Assembly (NCBI RefSeq): GCF_026571515.1
Contig: NW_026867305.1
Coordinates: 124,001-188,000, forward strand
Direction: 5' to 3'
Length of the DNA: 64,000 bases
Source: Ruditapes philippinarum
Taxonomy: Eukaryota
The notes below the pieces were generated by a model. That model had not been told where the DNA came from and ran no database searches. It saw only the letters and a list, made by a program, of their open reading frames with translations. This document shows positions 51,701 to 64,000 of the stretch, piece by piece; position 1 is the stretch's first letter; every line of letters begins with the position of its first letter. A program made the position numbers and the translations under genes.

Positions 51701-52950
51701 TTCGGCGCGGACGCCAAAATAGACAACATTTTTTATGTAAACATAAATGTTTTATGATAATCTGCCTATGATATTTTTTATGAATCAATCGAAAAGAAAT
51801 GAAAACATATTTTTTTAGTAAATGTTTTGAATATAATGTTTGCCAGTAAATCGAGCACAGTACTAATAAACCTGAGACAAAGTATGAAATTTATTTTTTG
51901 TCCCAGAAGAAACAGAATGGAGATTTATGGCGTGCGTAGATGATTATTCATGATAATAAAAATCAAAGTCAGATCATATTGATAGAGTGATACCTTTTAT
52001 TTCTATTAAAATATGTCAGGCATTTATATAAATTTGTCGGACAAAATATATAATGTCCCGTTTTTATTTGTACATTGTACCACGGACTCTAGCTCAGTTT
52101 TTCGTTATTTTAATTAATTAATTTTTAACGGAATTCCATACACGAATACACAGGCAGTGTGATACTGATATGATATAATAATAAAGCTGATAATAAACTT
52201 CAAAAGTGAAACAAATAAATTATCCCGCTAGAAATACGCACTTTAAATGCGTTCCATCCCCCAAATTTTACCAATAGTCACGTGATATCTGCAACAGATA
52301 CCAGACGGACAGTTTAATATAATTGGTCAGATGTCATTGGGTCATAAAAAGTTGTTAACGCATCTTGTGACCCCTTTGGTGCAAAATTTGCGTATTGTGC
52401 AATAATTTAGCGTGAAACGCAGAGGTCTGAGAGAGAACAGCCGATTTATGACACTTCGTTTGATGCGGGTCGGACTAACTTTGAAACGGCATAACTTTTT
52501 TTAAAAATTCTAGCAATTTACATGCGGTTTAAAATACACGAAAGGGAATTCATTTACGGAGGGAACCGTGTCAGGGATTTTTGTTATCTCTTTCAGTGAC
52601 TTAATTATCTTTAATTACGTAATATGTATGGTGAAAAAAGTCGCAAAAATGTTTGACGTTACGTAAAAAATACAAATAATCTGAGACATAGTTCCCTAGA
52701 TATTATAATTATGTTTATATTCCACAAGTTTGATGACAAAAAAATAAAAAATGACTTTGATAGGACGATTTAAAATAATAGAATTTTTGTTCAAAATTTG
52801 TTATTTACAAAGGCTTTTTTCAAATATGTTATTTTTTATGAAGATCAAAGTTATTTTATGCACAACATTTAAAGAAACAACAATAATTACTAAAATAAGT
52901 TGGTTTAAATGACATTTATGGTAGTACCACGGAAAGTGTCTGTTGTCACC
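48738..52950. mobile_element. 4.2-kb non-autonomous TTAA-targeting DNA transposon (Kolobok-like)
   Basis: TTAA|GGTGACAA ... TTGTCACC|TTAA. The paralogous site in B1 (~24878) has a single TTAA (empty site). No transposase ORF. Confidence 0.85.
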
Positions 52951-53225
52951 TTAAATGAAAATCGGGCAGATATATTTTGTATATTTCTTTTGGTCGGTAA
53001 TTAGTTAAGTTTAGTTGTATTTCGAATTTCATTGTTACAGTTTGGTCTATTTTTATTGTGATTTGATTAGTCAATTTAAATTGCTCTTGCTTGTATGTTA
53101 TTGAATGTATCAGCATTAAAATTTTGAAATGTACATGTTTTGTTCCATAAAAGGCAACGCTTGATTTCTTTTTCTATGTTATTGTTAATGACTTAACTGA
53201 CATAAGTTTTACTGAATTGACATAA

Positions 53226-53793
53226 AATAGAGAAAATAAGAATCCCTAAAGAACCCCAACACGGCAAAATTGAAAATGTTGCAAGCTCGGTTTGATTGAG
53301 CCTGTTCATGGACGGTAATGTCAAGTGCAAACTACTGTCCACGCCCCCTAGCACCGGCTTAAGCAGAATTCAACATTTAACATGAACTAGTACAATTTTG
53401 AATTTTGAAACATCCGCAGATGTATTCATATGGCGGTTATCATGGAACCTTCAATGTGACACGTAAGTGCCATTCCATGAAAAGCGGCATATGGTCCCCA
53501 AGTAAAAAAAAAATATGTGCCCTAAACGAGAAAACAATGGGCGGAACTAAATAAAATGAAATTTTGAAAGGAGATCAGAGGTTCTGAAGCCTGCATTTCA
53601 CAGATAAGACGTCAAAAGACAAATTTAAAAAGCAGGCCACATATCGTAAGGCTGATTCAACAGCATTCAAGTGAGGAATACTGGAACCACCCAACAAGAA
53701 AATAGCCGAATAAAAAAAAATAAACTAAATTACCACAAGCACAACACTAATGTCGTGCTGAACGATCTTTAAGGATCGGAAATATAATATCTC
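53226..53793 (+). mobile_element. ~570-bp interspersed repeat inserted at TAA
   Basis: B1 has GACATAAGTTTT, whereas B2 has GACATAA-insert-TAAGTTTT. Related copies lie at 62716-62960 and ~57625-57670. Confidence 0.65.
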
Positions 53794-56280
53794 TAAGTTT
53801 TATTATGTCTGTGAAGTGTTTAGCTTTAATATTTACCTCAATGGTATTTATGCTATTTTATGCTATTGGTACAAATATATTACGTGAATGCTATTGTTTA
53901 TATTTTATACTATTTGTACTGCTTCATGTTATTGATGTTATTGATGCTATTTGATGTTATTGATGCTATTTTTTGTTATTGATGCTATTTTTTTGTTATT
54001 GATGCTATTTTTTGTTATTAATGGTATTTTATGTTATTGATGCTATTTTTGCTACTGATGCTATTTTTGAGACATTCTTAAAATACTTTATCAATATTTT
54101 TGGTGGTTTGTTTTAAATCATTTATTATTATCTAATTAATTGATCGTCTAGCACAAATGTTATGTTGTGTTGACGGATTATCGTTACTGAAATATTAAAA
54201 TATTAAAAACTTTAAAAATGAAATGTTTTCCATGGATCATTACAATACCAATTAAATAGTACTAACCACTCCGTAATAGGGCCGTTTCAATGAATGACAG
54301 TATCGAGAATTATACTTTCTGACTGTTAGAAGCCTTTCATTATTGTTAAACAGATATCCCTTTTAAAGTCGTCATAAGGATTGAAATAATATAATTATCG
54401 ATAGGTACTGTGATTGGTACTGTGGACAAAATAAAAAACAAACAAACAAAAAAGATCTCACTCTGGATAATTGGAAATGCAATCAAGAAGTATATTAATC
54501 ACAAATTTACTATATAATATTGTAAAATGTAATATTGTAAAATGTATGTAAACGTTCACATTACAACTTCAGTTATGACTTTTAGTTTCAATGTTTTTGT
54601 TTATCCATGATGAAATTCCTTCTTTAAGAAGATGTTGCTGAAAAAAGTACACTAAAAGCAGAAAAAAAACTATAAACTATTTCGGAAGTCACAGGATGGA
54701 TTTAAATCGTTTAATGTTAAAAACATTCGAAACGGTTAAGAATGGTCATTGCTGTTTAAGACAAGTGAAAAGATAGAAAACTAGGATAACTAGAAACATT
54801 TTAACGTGGCGCGATTATCTCCCTACTAATAAAAGAATAAATGAAATAAGATATTTAGTATAACGCCAATTATCAAGAGACGAAAACATAAAATACAACA
54901 AATTCTAGATTTGAAGTCTTTACAAAAGTTTAAATGGCTTGGCAGTAGTATAAAAACATTATTTATTTTAGATAATCGGACATATTGTATAAGTAAAGCC
55001 TATGTCTGACTTTACCACGGACAGTCAATAGAACACAATAAAAGCATCCGGATTTTGGAAGCGTTACATATTTATTTAGATAAAATCAACTCAAATAATG
55101 TTTTGAAAAAGAGGTAACTTGCTGGCAAATGCCGAGACAAGTGTCTCGTCGTGAAAGAAATTACGAACTGCGGAAAGAGAATGTTTTCAAATACAAACCT
55201 TGGACCAGATCTGAGTTATAACTAAAGATTACAAAATATGGGATTATTTATGTACAAGGTGGTAAAGTTATCAATTGCATCTTGCATTGCAATGAGCTAA
55301 ATATCATTTCCGACATCAGTCTTGTTATTAGTATTCCTAAATAACTCTCATGAGGATTCCTTTATTTTGGGGTACTCTTATAAAGCACCTCTATTTAATA
55401 ATTCGTCATTTTTCTAGCATTTTCCAGATATCCTTGATTGTAAATTATTTATAACATTTTATGCATGATCTGTTTATTAGGTATCAAAATACTTGTATCT
55501 TATTTCATTTGATTGGAAGTTATTTCTTAATTCAAATCTCGTAATGAAATCAACCTTTCCAAAGTGTCACCTTTTCTTTCCAAAACAATGTATGATAATC
55601 AGATATGACAAAGGGTGACGAGTTGAAATAAAATTATATTACCGTCGTAATGTATGCAAAACTTTCATACCTGTCTGAAAATCACTTAAGATTTAGTCCC
55701 TTTTGTATTTGCAGCCAATTATTACCCCAATCCGATTCGTGCTGAGACTTCCAAAGGGCAAAGTAAAGATCCAATCGCACATACTTTGTTAGGAATCTAA
55801 AATTATTGTTAAATGTCTGAATATGATTGAATCAGATGCAACTATCTGGAATGGTTAATCGAATGAAATTGTATATGCATTTGATTCCCAGCTAGCTGCA
55901 TTGATGACGCTCCTGAAAGATCATACAACAAGGCATTCACAAAAGAAAACAAGAAGTACTTTGTCAATAAAAAAATGATAAGCTTCATAGTGTAATGCTG
56001 TGACAAACAGACATGCTTCAAATTTTGTAGTAATTTCTTTAAAACAGTATTTGTGATATAAAGCATGTTATCTGTTTTAAATCTGAGAAATATTAAACCA
56101 GATAACATGTGCTGTACAAGTAACGACTGTGTTTTCGTACAGATGCGCGATGACAATTTACTGTTAAGAGCCATATTGGCAATGTTATGAACAACATGCC
56201 CATATTCCATACTGCATGTTAAAATGGAAACTGTCGAAGCATTTTTTCCCTTTTGTTCATTTTATATATATTTTCCGGCA

Positions 56281-56422
56281 NNNNNNNNNNNNNNNNNNNN
56301 NNNNNNNNNNNNNNNNNNNNNNNNNNNNNNNNNNNNNNNNNNNNNNNNNNNNNNNNNNNNNNNNNNNNNNNNNNNNNNNNNNNNNNNNNNNNNNNNNNNN
56401 NNNNNNNNNNNNNNNNNNNNNN
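56281..56422. other. Assembly gap
   Basis: Run of N. Confidence 0.99.
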
Positions 56423-59400
56423 AAATATTCTATGTTAGTAATGGGGTTCTTTGAAACCATTAATTTTAAAAAGCTGGTGTTCAATGATTAATGATAAATA
56501 ACTAATTCAGTGTCTGAGGTCTGAGAATTTTGTATTTATGATTTGAAAAATAGAAAATAAATGATTTTCCGAGCCCCATGTTAAAATTAAAATTTAAGCT
56601 TATAAGATAGGGTCAACTTCTAAGATTTTGATTATGATTTTCTTATAGTAATCATTATTCTAAAGTCTAGCCATTTTTATATAAGCCTAGCTGCGCTGAA
56701 AGTATGCCACACATCCCAGTTCTAGCATCATTTACAAAATTTAAGTTCCTCATCGGAGGTCATGACAAACGAAGCTCGCTAAAATGTTTTGTGCGAGAAG
56801 AGCAACTCAAATCGAATATCTTATTTCATCCTACTGAATGATATGGTTCTTTTGAGTCATACCTGTTTAGAAGATGGAGCTGCTTTTTGGAATAAGACTA
56901 ACCGTTGATTGTAAGATCTTAAGTTATTTTTCGTTTATGTTAAAAATCTATTCCAACATTGATTTAACATTTACGATGGAACTATCATGAAACCTTCAAC
57001 TGTGACGATTTCTAAGCCAAAATATTTTATTTTTGTGATTCGGGCCTCCTATTTTTACATCATTGACAGGAATATAGAGAAAAAGAATAACTCCTAAATT
57101 ATTACATATAGTATCAAGTATATCTAGAAGTAATTGACACGAACATAACTGCTAGTAAAGTTTTAAAGAAAATGTTGATTCTTTTTTTCTTTACGTAGAT
57201 ATTTTATGGTGTGTTATGTCATTTAAATAACAGGCTTTCGTTATATCTATATGAAATAGTAACATATTTGACTGTTTGTATAAGATACCATACTGAACAA
57301 GAAGAATAGTAAAAATACGTGTAAATATTGACTGAACGTTTATATTTATCATATACTCATAACTGAATAGTAAATAATAATTAAGTAACAAGAAAGCCAT
57401 TAGAATGCAAAATTGTAGGTCACACTGCACTGACATAGATTACATATAAGCAAAATGTAACACATTGTAAAGCTGTACGTTTTTACTTAAACTTTCTTGA
57501 ATGCTTTGTATGAACGCCTTTTATAGCATAATAGCATGATCGACACATCAAAGTAAATGTCAAACGATTTTTTGGACAAATATAACATCGATCAAATGGT
57601 AAAAAAAATTAAAAAATAAATTGAACACCCAAAATGGCAAAATTGAAAATGTTGTTGCGTGGTCTGATTGAACAGAAAACTGAGTAAAATACCAGTAGGC
57701 GATAATATAACTGATGCACTGATGCACCATCTAATGATAAAAATACAATCGTCAATGTAAATTACAAAATGTACCATCAAGTTGTTTGACTGTATCAAAT
57801 AAATTAAAGTGGTGGTTTTTAATAAGATTCGTTAAGACAACAAAAAGGTGATTCTCGATTTTTGTCGTTCTTGTTAATTTGTATCTATCTATCTCTTTAT
57901 TTTTCATCTACATATGAAAACTATGAAAACAGTCTTGAAAAAATAACACTTACTATCTTAATGAGCTAGTTACCCATCGATAACGACATACGTGATGAAA
58001 CTTTTTATTAAGGCACCTTCTGGAGAACTGGACATAATATTCCATTCAAATGTCATTAAGAAATCAGATAAAAACCTTAAATATACATTTTCTCGTAAAC
58101 TGAGGGAAATTTCTGAATAAATGAATCAACAAGAAAATAAGTGCACGAGTTTTGACACTAATCAAATCTAGAAGATTTTTAATTTTATCAAATATAAATA
58201 AATAGATAAACTTGTAGGTTTGTAAGCATCATGATGCAAATAAAAACAAGCGTGATAAAATGAAAAGTGTTAAACTTGAGTTGAAAATAAACTTTAATTT
58301 ATGATAACTTTCGTAATTTTGAAAAAAATTAAAACAAAATGGACTAAATTTACATTTTTTTAACAATGCCTTATTGTAGCAATAAACGTATACTTAGAGT
58401 TATTAAATCAACAAACGAAATTTATATTTGAGTTAATGGCCACATATTGAAAATGCTAACATTGTTATGTGGGAATAGGTGAGGTTTTATGTTTTTTTAC
58501 AATCAATGACATCTAAAACAACTATCTGATAGAGGAAATAGAAAGAACTTTCCCATGGTGAATTTTACAGCCATAAAATGTCTTATTACATCTGTCCAAA
58601 AAGTTTGTGGAAGAAATATCTTTTTTTTCTCCAACACCTGAATTAGAATTTCATTACAATCGGCGGCTACAAACATAATGTCAAAGCATATCAATAATAT
58701 CGCGTCGGCAATTGGCGGAGACCAAGAATTAAATGATGAAAACATGTATTAGTGGCAATATTGAAATTGGCAAGCAATTGCTAATGAATATAGATAGAGA
58801 AAGCGAAAACCTTTACTTGCGGTCAAAATTTTAGTCTTTATTTATGAAAACCATGGTGGCAAAATAGGAAAAAAAGAGAGAGAGAAAATGCAATTTTATA
58901 ATATTAAATACTCATGATGTCATTCTTTGCTGGTAATTTAATCGTTGTGAGGTCATATCAATGTTCGCGCGTTTCTTTGCTAATCTCGCAAGAATATATA
59001 ACTCGGCAGCTCACTATAATAAATTTGAGAAACGACGAGTCTATAAAAGTCTTTATAAACATGTGCATATCCATGATCAACGCTGCTTCATCTTTTAACT
59101 AGAATTAATATTAAGCCATGTTTCCTATCATCCTATTTCAAAATACAATGGAAAAAATGACATTAAAACATAAAGTGTACACAATTCATGAAATTTTGAT
59201 ATCGAAACATCAATAATTTCTTTATATTGAATTGTCGGATTGTTGAGAGCATCTAAACCTACCATTCCGGTTTACCTTAAAGCCATAATGGATTAAACAG
59301 TATATTTGCCCGAAATATTAATTAATGACACATGCTTGTTTTAACATGACGTCGCTAATAATATAAATATTTTGATTTTGTCTATCTAAAACAGTACACT

Positions 59401-62400
59401 TGTACAAGGACAGTACGACATATTCGTGTATTTTTTTTTTTAGAAATATTAAGATTAAACCGATTCAAAAGGTTTTTTTCGCAAGACATGAAACAGTCCT
59501 TTTTCACCAGACTCTGTAATTTTCTATCTAAATATTTTACATAACATTATTACCTACATTTACAGTAACTAACAAAATAAAACATTCATTGCCGGTCACC
59601 GAATCAACGTCATTCAAAGTTAGCGTCGCACTTTTCTTTTCATAATATGATTTCTTCATGACGTCAATTTTGTCTATTGAATTTATAATAAATACGGCAC
59701 AAAAAGCTCGTTTTACAAAAACGTCTTTCAGTTAAAAGTTTATATCAAATGTCATTTCATTTGAGATCTTATATATTTGTATCCGTCGAAGTTCTAATGT
59801 GGGTTTTTTTCTACCACTAATGACGTCATTTAAATTATTTAAGTAAACCTGGCCGGAAAGATGGGAAATAACTTTCAAAAGATAGTACTTTTGAATTATT
59901 TAACTGTGTAATTCAAAAAAGATAATTATCGGTTGTATGTCAACACATAATGATGAAAATACAATGTGTAGCTGACACAAGAAAAGCAAAGAGAGACTTT
60001 GTTTCATTAGAAATTTTAACATGTAAGACGAAATCGACGACGGTTGTTATAAAACGATAAAAGAAGCATAGCCAATTAATGTAGTTTTGAAACTTTTTCC
60101 TGAGTTGTTTTTTGAATCTCATGATTTTTTTACAAGTCTTTATACATTCTTTGTTGTTTTTTTTACCAATCAAACACCTAAGATCCGAGTTTGAGCTTAC
60201 AGAAAACTCTTAATAACCTTTGGCCCGGGTCAGTTTGTGTGATACTCACGTTCATTTGGATATGAATAAAAGATGCTTCAAGCCATCAACTAAATAACAG
60301 ATACATAAATGAAATCTAGTGACATATGTTGTCTTTATGGACAGTTTTGCTTGTTAAGATTTACGAAAAAGCTTCATACATGCATTTACAATCTTATTAG
60401 CTAATGCCGTTATTGTGTACCCTGTCACTGAAAAACAGGTTTTCATTATATCTATGAGAAGTTGTAGCACTTAGACCTCCCTGCTCGTATGAAATAGGAC
60501 TTTTTACGAATAAAACCGTGAAAACGTATAGATATTGACTGCAACTGTTTTTAAGAAACTGTTTGGAACATCAGAACCTCAAATTATTTCTGCAAAAATG
60601 TCTTCCGTAGACATATCAAATAATATCGAGGAAAATATCAACCGATATTATTTTGTTCTAATAAATATAACATTATCTGAATTGTGACCTTGACATAGGT
60701 CAATCACTTTGCCATATGTTTCTTATGTTTATATATTTCAGTCTGATTTAACGTTTTATGCAAATTGATTTAGCATAATATGTAGCAACATGTGATTCAT
60801 TGAATAAACAAGATGTGTTAAAATTAAGATCATGTCAACATCACGTACATAATCAATTAAGGGTTTGCGATGATAAACATTGGTTTTGAATTTTCATTGA
60901 TAAGAATGGTGTTCAGTAAATATGCGAAAAAAGTGTTGAACCATATTTTAGAGTGTTCATATGCGATATTCACCTGTACAAACAAACAGTAAATACATAT
61001 TGATAATTGAAAGAAGGTATGGGAAATTATTCGTTCTTACGCCTCTGTTAAACCGTCCTTTTGGCTTGTCGCTTTGCCTGGTGCCTGAACGATGGTTCTT
61101 TATGGTTTGTGCTGTTGGAGGCTGCGTAAAGTGAATATCGCTCTCCTTTGCTGGTCTTTCTTTTAATCTTAAATTAATTAATTAGCAATAGTGATAACAA
61201 AAAAACAACTATGTATAATAACATAAAGCTTAATTAAAGAGCAAACCTTACTATACATGAAAATACTAAACAAAGAAGTACTACATAAAATGTACATCAC
61301 TGTAACAAAAAAATAAAAAAGAATTCCTAGAAAGCATATGTGTGGCGTCGGCCCAACGTTTGCTCACCCTCTGTGCTACACGTATATATTCCACGCACGG
61401 AATGCACGCATGCTTACATAAGTAAAAACATTTATTGTATTTTTCAAAGAACTATCCCCGTAAAATTTTGGCAATTTGGTTTTATAAAAAGTGAATGTTT
61501 TAAAGTAATTTCGTGTCAAAAATTACTGTCGCAAACTTTAATTTAAAATTAAAATATAATGATTGTATATAGAATTGGTCTGTTCATCATTCCTTTTCCT
61601 CTCATGTCTGAAGCACACATTTCTGATCCAAAAGCATCTTTTGAACGATATATTAAGTCCAAAACTTGGCCTAATTTCAAGTCTAGAACAAACATTTCAT
61701 CTGTGTTTTCAAAATTGATAACAACTTATTCCGTTTTGTTATGTTGTGTTCCAATGTAGCAAATCATATAATTTTACCAATTGCCAACAAAGCAAAAGAA
61801 GCAAAGATAGATCATCTATATGGCAAATGGAAACTGTGACAAAATACCAAAATGTTTTGTGCATAATGGATCTTTAATAAATCTCCCTTCCTATACATGT
61901 TAACATGTATGTTTGCCGTAAAGGACCAAGTGACCAACCATACAAAACAGCTGGTTTCTTAAATAATGATCCCTGATATAGAAGAAATCATTGGCTGAGA
62001 ACAGTAACAAAAGAGTCAATGTCTGTTATAAAAATGGATAAAAATGAACTGTTGTAAAATATTTTGTTACTATGTAATAATAAAAAAAGAATAACAAAAC
62101 ACAAAATGTACAGGGATTGTATTTTAGGCAAATGTTGTAGTTTCTTAGGCAATCGATTTCGAATTGTTTTATTTAACTGTATACGAGGATAGGATGTACA
62201 TAATTATATAAAAATGGTTTTATGAAAATTTAATAGGATGGGTGATTACGAGCACATCAAATTTGCATCAATTGCAAAAAAGCAGAACAACTTTTAATAT
62301 AAGATAAACTTACATTACAACAAAAATATATAGCATAAAACAAATAAAAAATAGCTGAATTTTAGTATTGACATAAAAAATCCTCCAAAAATATGTAAAC

Positions 62401-62715
62401 TTTCTAATATGTCTTATAATTTAGTCGTTAATTAAATAGTCTCTTTTGCTTTACTCGTAATTATTTATTGAAGGTATCAACATTTTATTATCAATAAGCT
62501 GGTGTTTAATCATGCATCTAAATTCAGGAGAAACCCAACTTCAAAGAGAAAACATCAAACATTTCCTTCCTATTTTATCTAGAGGAAACAACCTGTTATT
62601 CAAAGCATCAAAATTCACACGTTCGTACCTTAACAAGTTCAGTGAACTTTATAATCTGTGAAATTTGAAATGGATCAATCTCTTAAGAACGATGAGATCT
62701 TAAGATTGAACTCTA

Positions 62716-62960
62716 AAATAGAGAAAACAGAATCTTTAAAGAAAGAGCTCAACACGGCAAAATTGAAAATGTTGCAGGCTCTGTTTGATTGAGCATGTTT
62801 ATGGACAGTACTGGAAAGTGCTAGTAACCTTCCACGCCCCCTTGCACTTGCTTAAGCAGAATTGAACATTTAAACACGAATATGGTGAAATTTAAATTTA
62901 GAAACATCCGCATGTGTGTTCATTCGGTTGTTTACATTTAACCTTCAATGTGACACAGTA
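62716..62960 (+). mobile_element. Partial copy of the 53226-53793 repeat
   Basis: Shared AAAATAGAGAAAA..CAACACGGCAAAATTGAAAATGTTGCA..CCACGCCCC..GCTTAAGCAGAATT..AACCTTCAATGTGACAC. Confidence 0.75.
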
Positions 62961-63469
62961 AGATTGTTTTGATTGTGCATAATAGTTATCAATAGACCTA
63001 TCTATATTACAAACAACCATTGGGCAATCTTTGTGTAATATTAAAGTACCAAATACTATCATAATGGTCTTCAACTGTGACTGGTTGCCAGAGTAAATAT
63101 TTGATAGGTTTATTATATTCATGTTTTTATTTAATAATATAAAAAACAAATTACGGATTTTTACATTTCGATGCAATTTTTGTATTCATGTCAGTTGATA
63201 GCTAGATACAGATTATATTCATCAACATAGTGTATACGTAACAAAACCCCAAAAACTTGAGGGGATAAGCGTGTGCGGAACAATAAAAGCTTACTGGAAG
63301 ATAATTTTTTACATGAAGAATTTCACAATTTACTAAAAATAAAAAACCTGGGGATACTTGAGAACAAATTTGTTGCCTAATCTTCATTTTTAAATCTTAC
63401 AATGTTACAAAATGAATGTAATAGCAAAAACAACAGTAAGTGACAGTGGATCGTATTTTTATTTTTTTT

Positions 63470-63520
63470 GTGTTTGTATGTATGCGTGCGTGCGTGCGTG
63501 TGTGTGTGTGTGTGTTTGTG
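63470..63520. repeat. (GTAT)/(GCGT)/(GT)n microsatellite
   Basis: Direct inspection. Confidence 0.9.
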
Positions 63521-64000
63521 GTTGCTGTTGTGTTATTTTTTGTGTTTTTGTTTTCTTTTTTGTTTTCCTTTTTTTTTGGGGGGGGGGGGGTGGTACTGTT
63601 TGTTTTATGTGTCTTTCCTCTTCATTTCATATGCTGTTTCTTATAAATATAAACATTTTTATTTTTTATTTTACAAAAACATACCAGACGACAATCATAG
63701 AAAGTCAACCAAAACATTACATATTTGAGACTAAACTTGGAAAACGCACCAGAAAAAGGTACAAGTTTAACTTTTCTACAATATTAATTTTCATATAAAT
63801 AAAAAACCTGAAATCATATAACATTAAATAAAATATAGGGCAAATTCTTTCAATAAGCCTTTACATCAGTTCATACTTCATGCATTGAATATTTAATCAT
63901 TTAAAAAGACTGATTTAAAAGAAAAAGAAAAGATCTGATAAAAACAACACACTCACAGGCGCAGTTTGAGAGTATGTAAAAAGAAATTCATTTTTCAAGA

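Larger units (their letters stand above)
41175..54230 (+). repeat. Segmental duplication unit 2 (expanded by an exon duplication and insertions)
   Basis: Collinear with 18430-25520. Confidence 0.9.

Noticed and set aside
55000-56210. Patchy coding-like minus-strand segments (e.g. FLTKYVRLDLYFALWKSQHESDW)
   Set aside because: There are multiple stops and no recognisable family. A tBLASTx/BLASTx search would be needed to support a decayed gene.
56216-56491. ORFs spanning N runs (also 5729-6106)
   Set aside because: Artefacts of assembly gaps.
58503-61975. Short minus-strand ORF-like stretches at 58.5-58.7 kb and 61.55-61.97 kb
   Set aside because: No motif, no consistent splice phasing, and internal stops.
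63412-63798. Cys/Val/Phe-rich ORFs
   Set aside because: Microsatellite and T/G low-complexity sequence.

Overview
AT-rich, intron-containing animal genomic DNA with two assembly gaps. The SINE/MITE families and gene content suggest a bivalve mollusc, which is an inference. Splicing exons by hand gives an apparent innate-immunity locus. (1) Three paralogous type II membrane genes on + with cytoplasmic tail, signal anchor, 0, 3 or 4 Sushi/CCP domains and 2 EGF domains: A 6281-10654, B1 20459-24546 and B2 42229-48566. B2 carries a nonsense codon. (2) Between B1 and B2, a head-to-head pair with 292 bp between start codons. On - is a 7-exon, ~447-aa TIR + 2TM + TMEM268-like protein (29150-34523) with an intact catalytic-type Glu and a U12-type intron. 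On + is a ~800-aa furin-like Cys-repeat type I receptor with no signalling domain and a C-terminal ETNV motif (34816-37480). (3) A truncated, frameshifted DEDDh/PML-like exonuclease relic (17106-17930). (4) Many non-autonomous transposons, SINEs and minisatellites. The very long ORFs at 6.6-9.7 kb, 10.7-11.4 kb and 12.6-13.0 kb come from 42-, 54- and 15-bp tandem repeats. No gene could be supported beyond ~48.6 kb.
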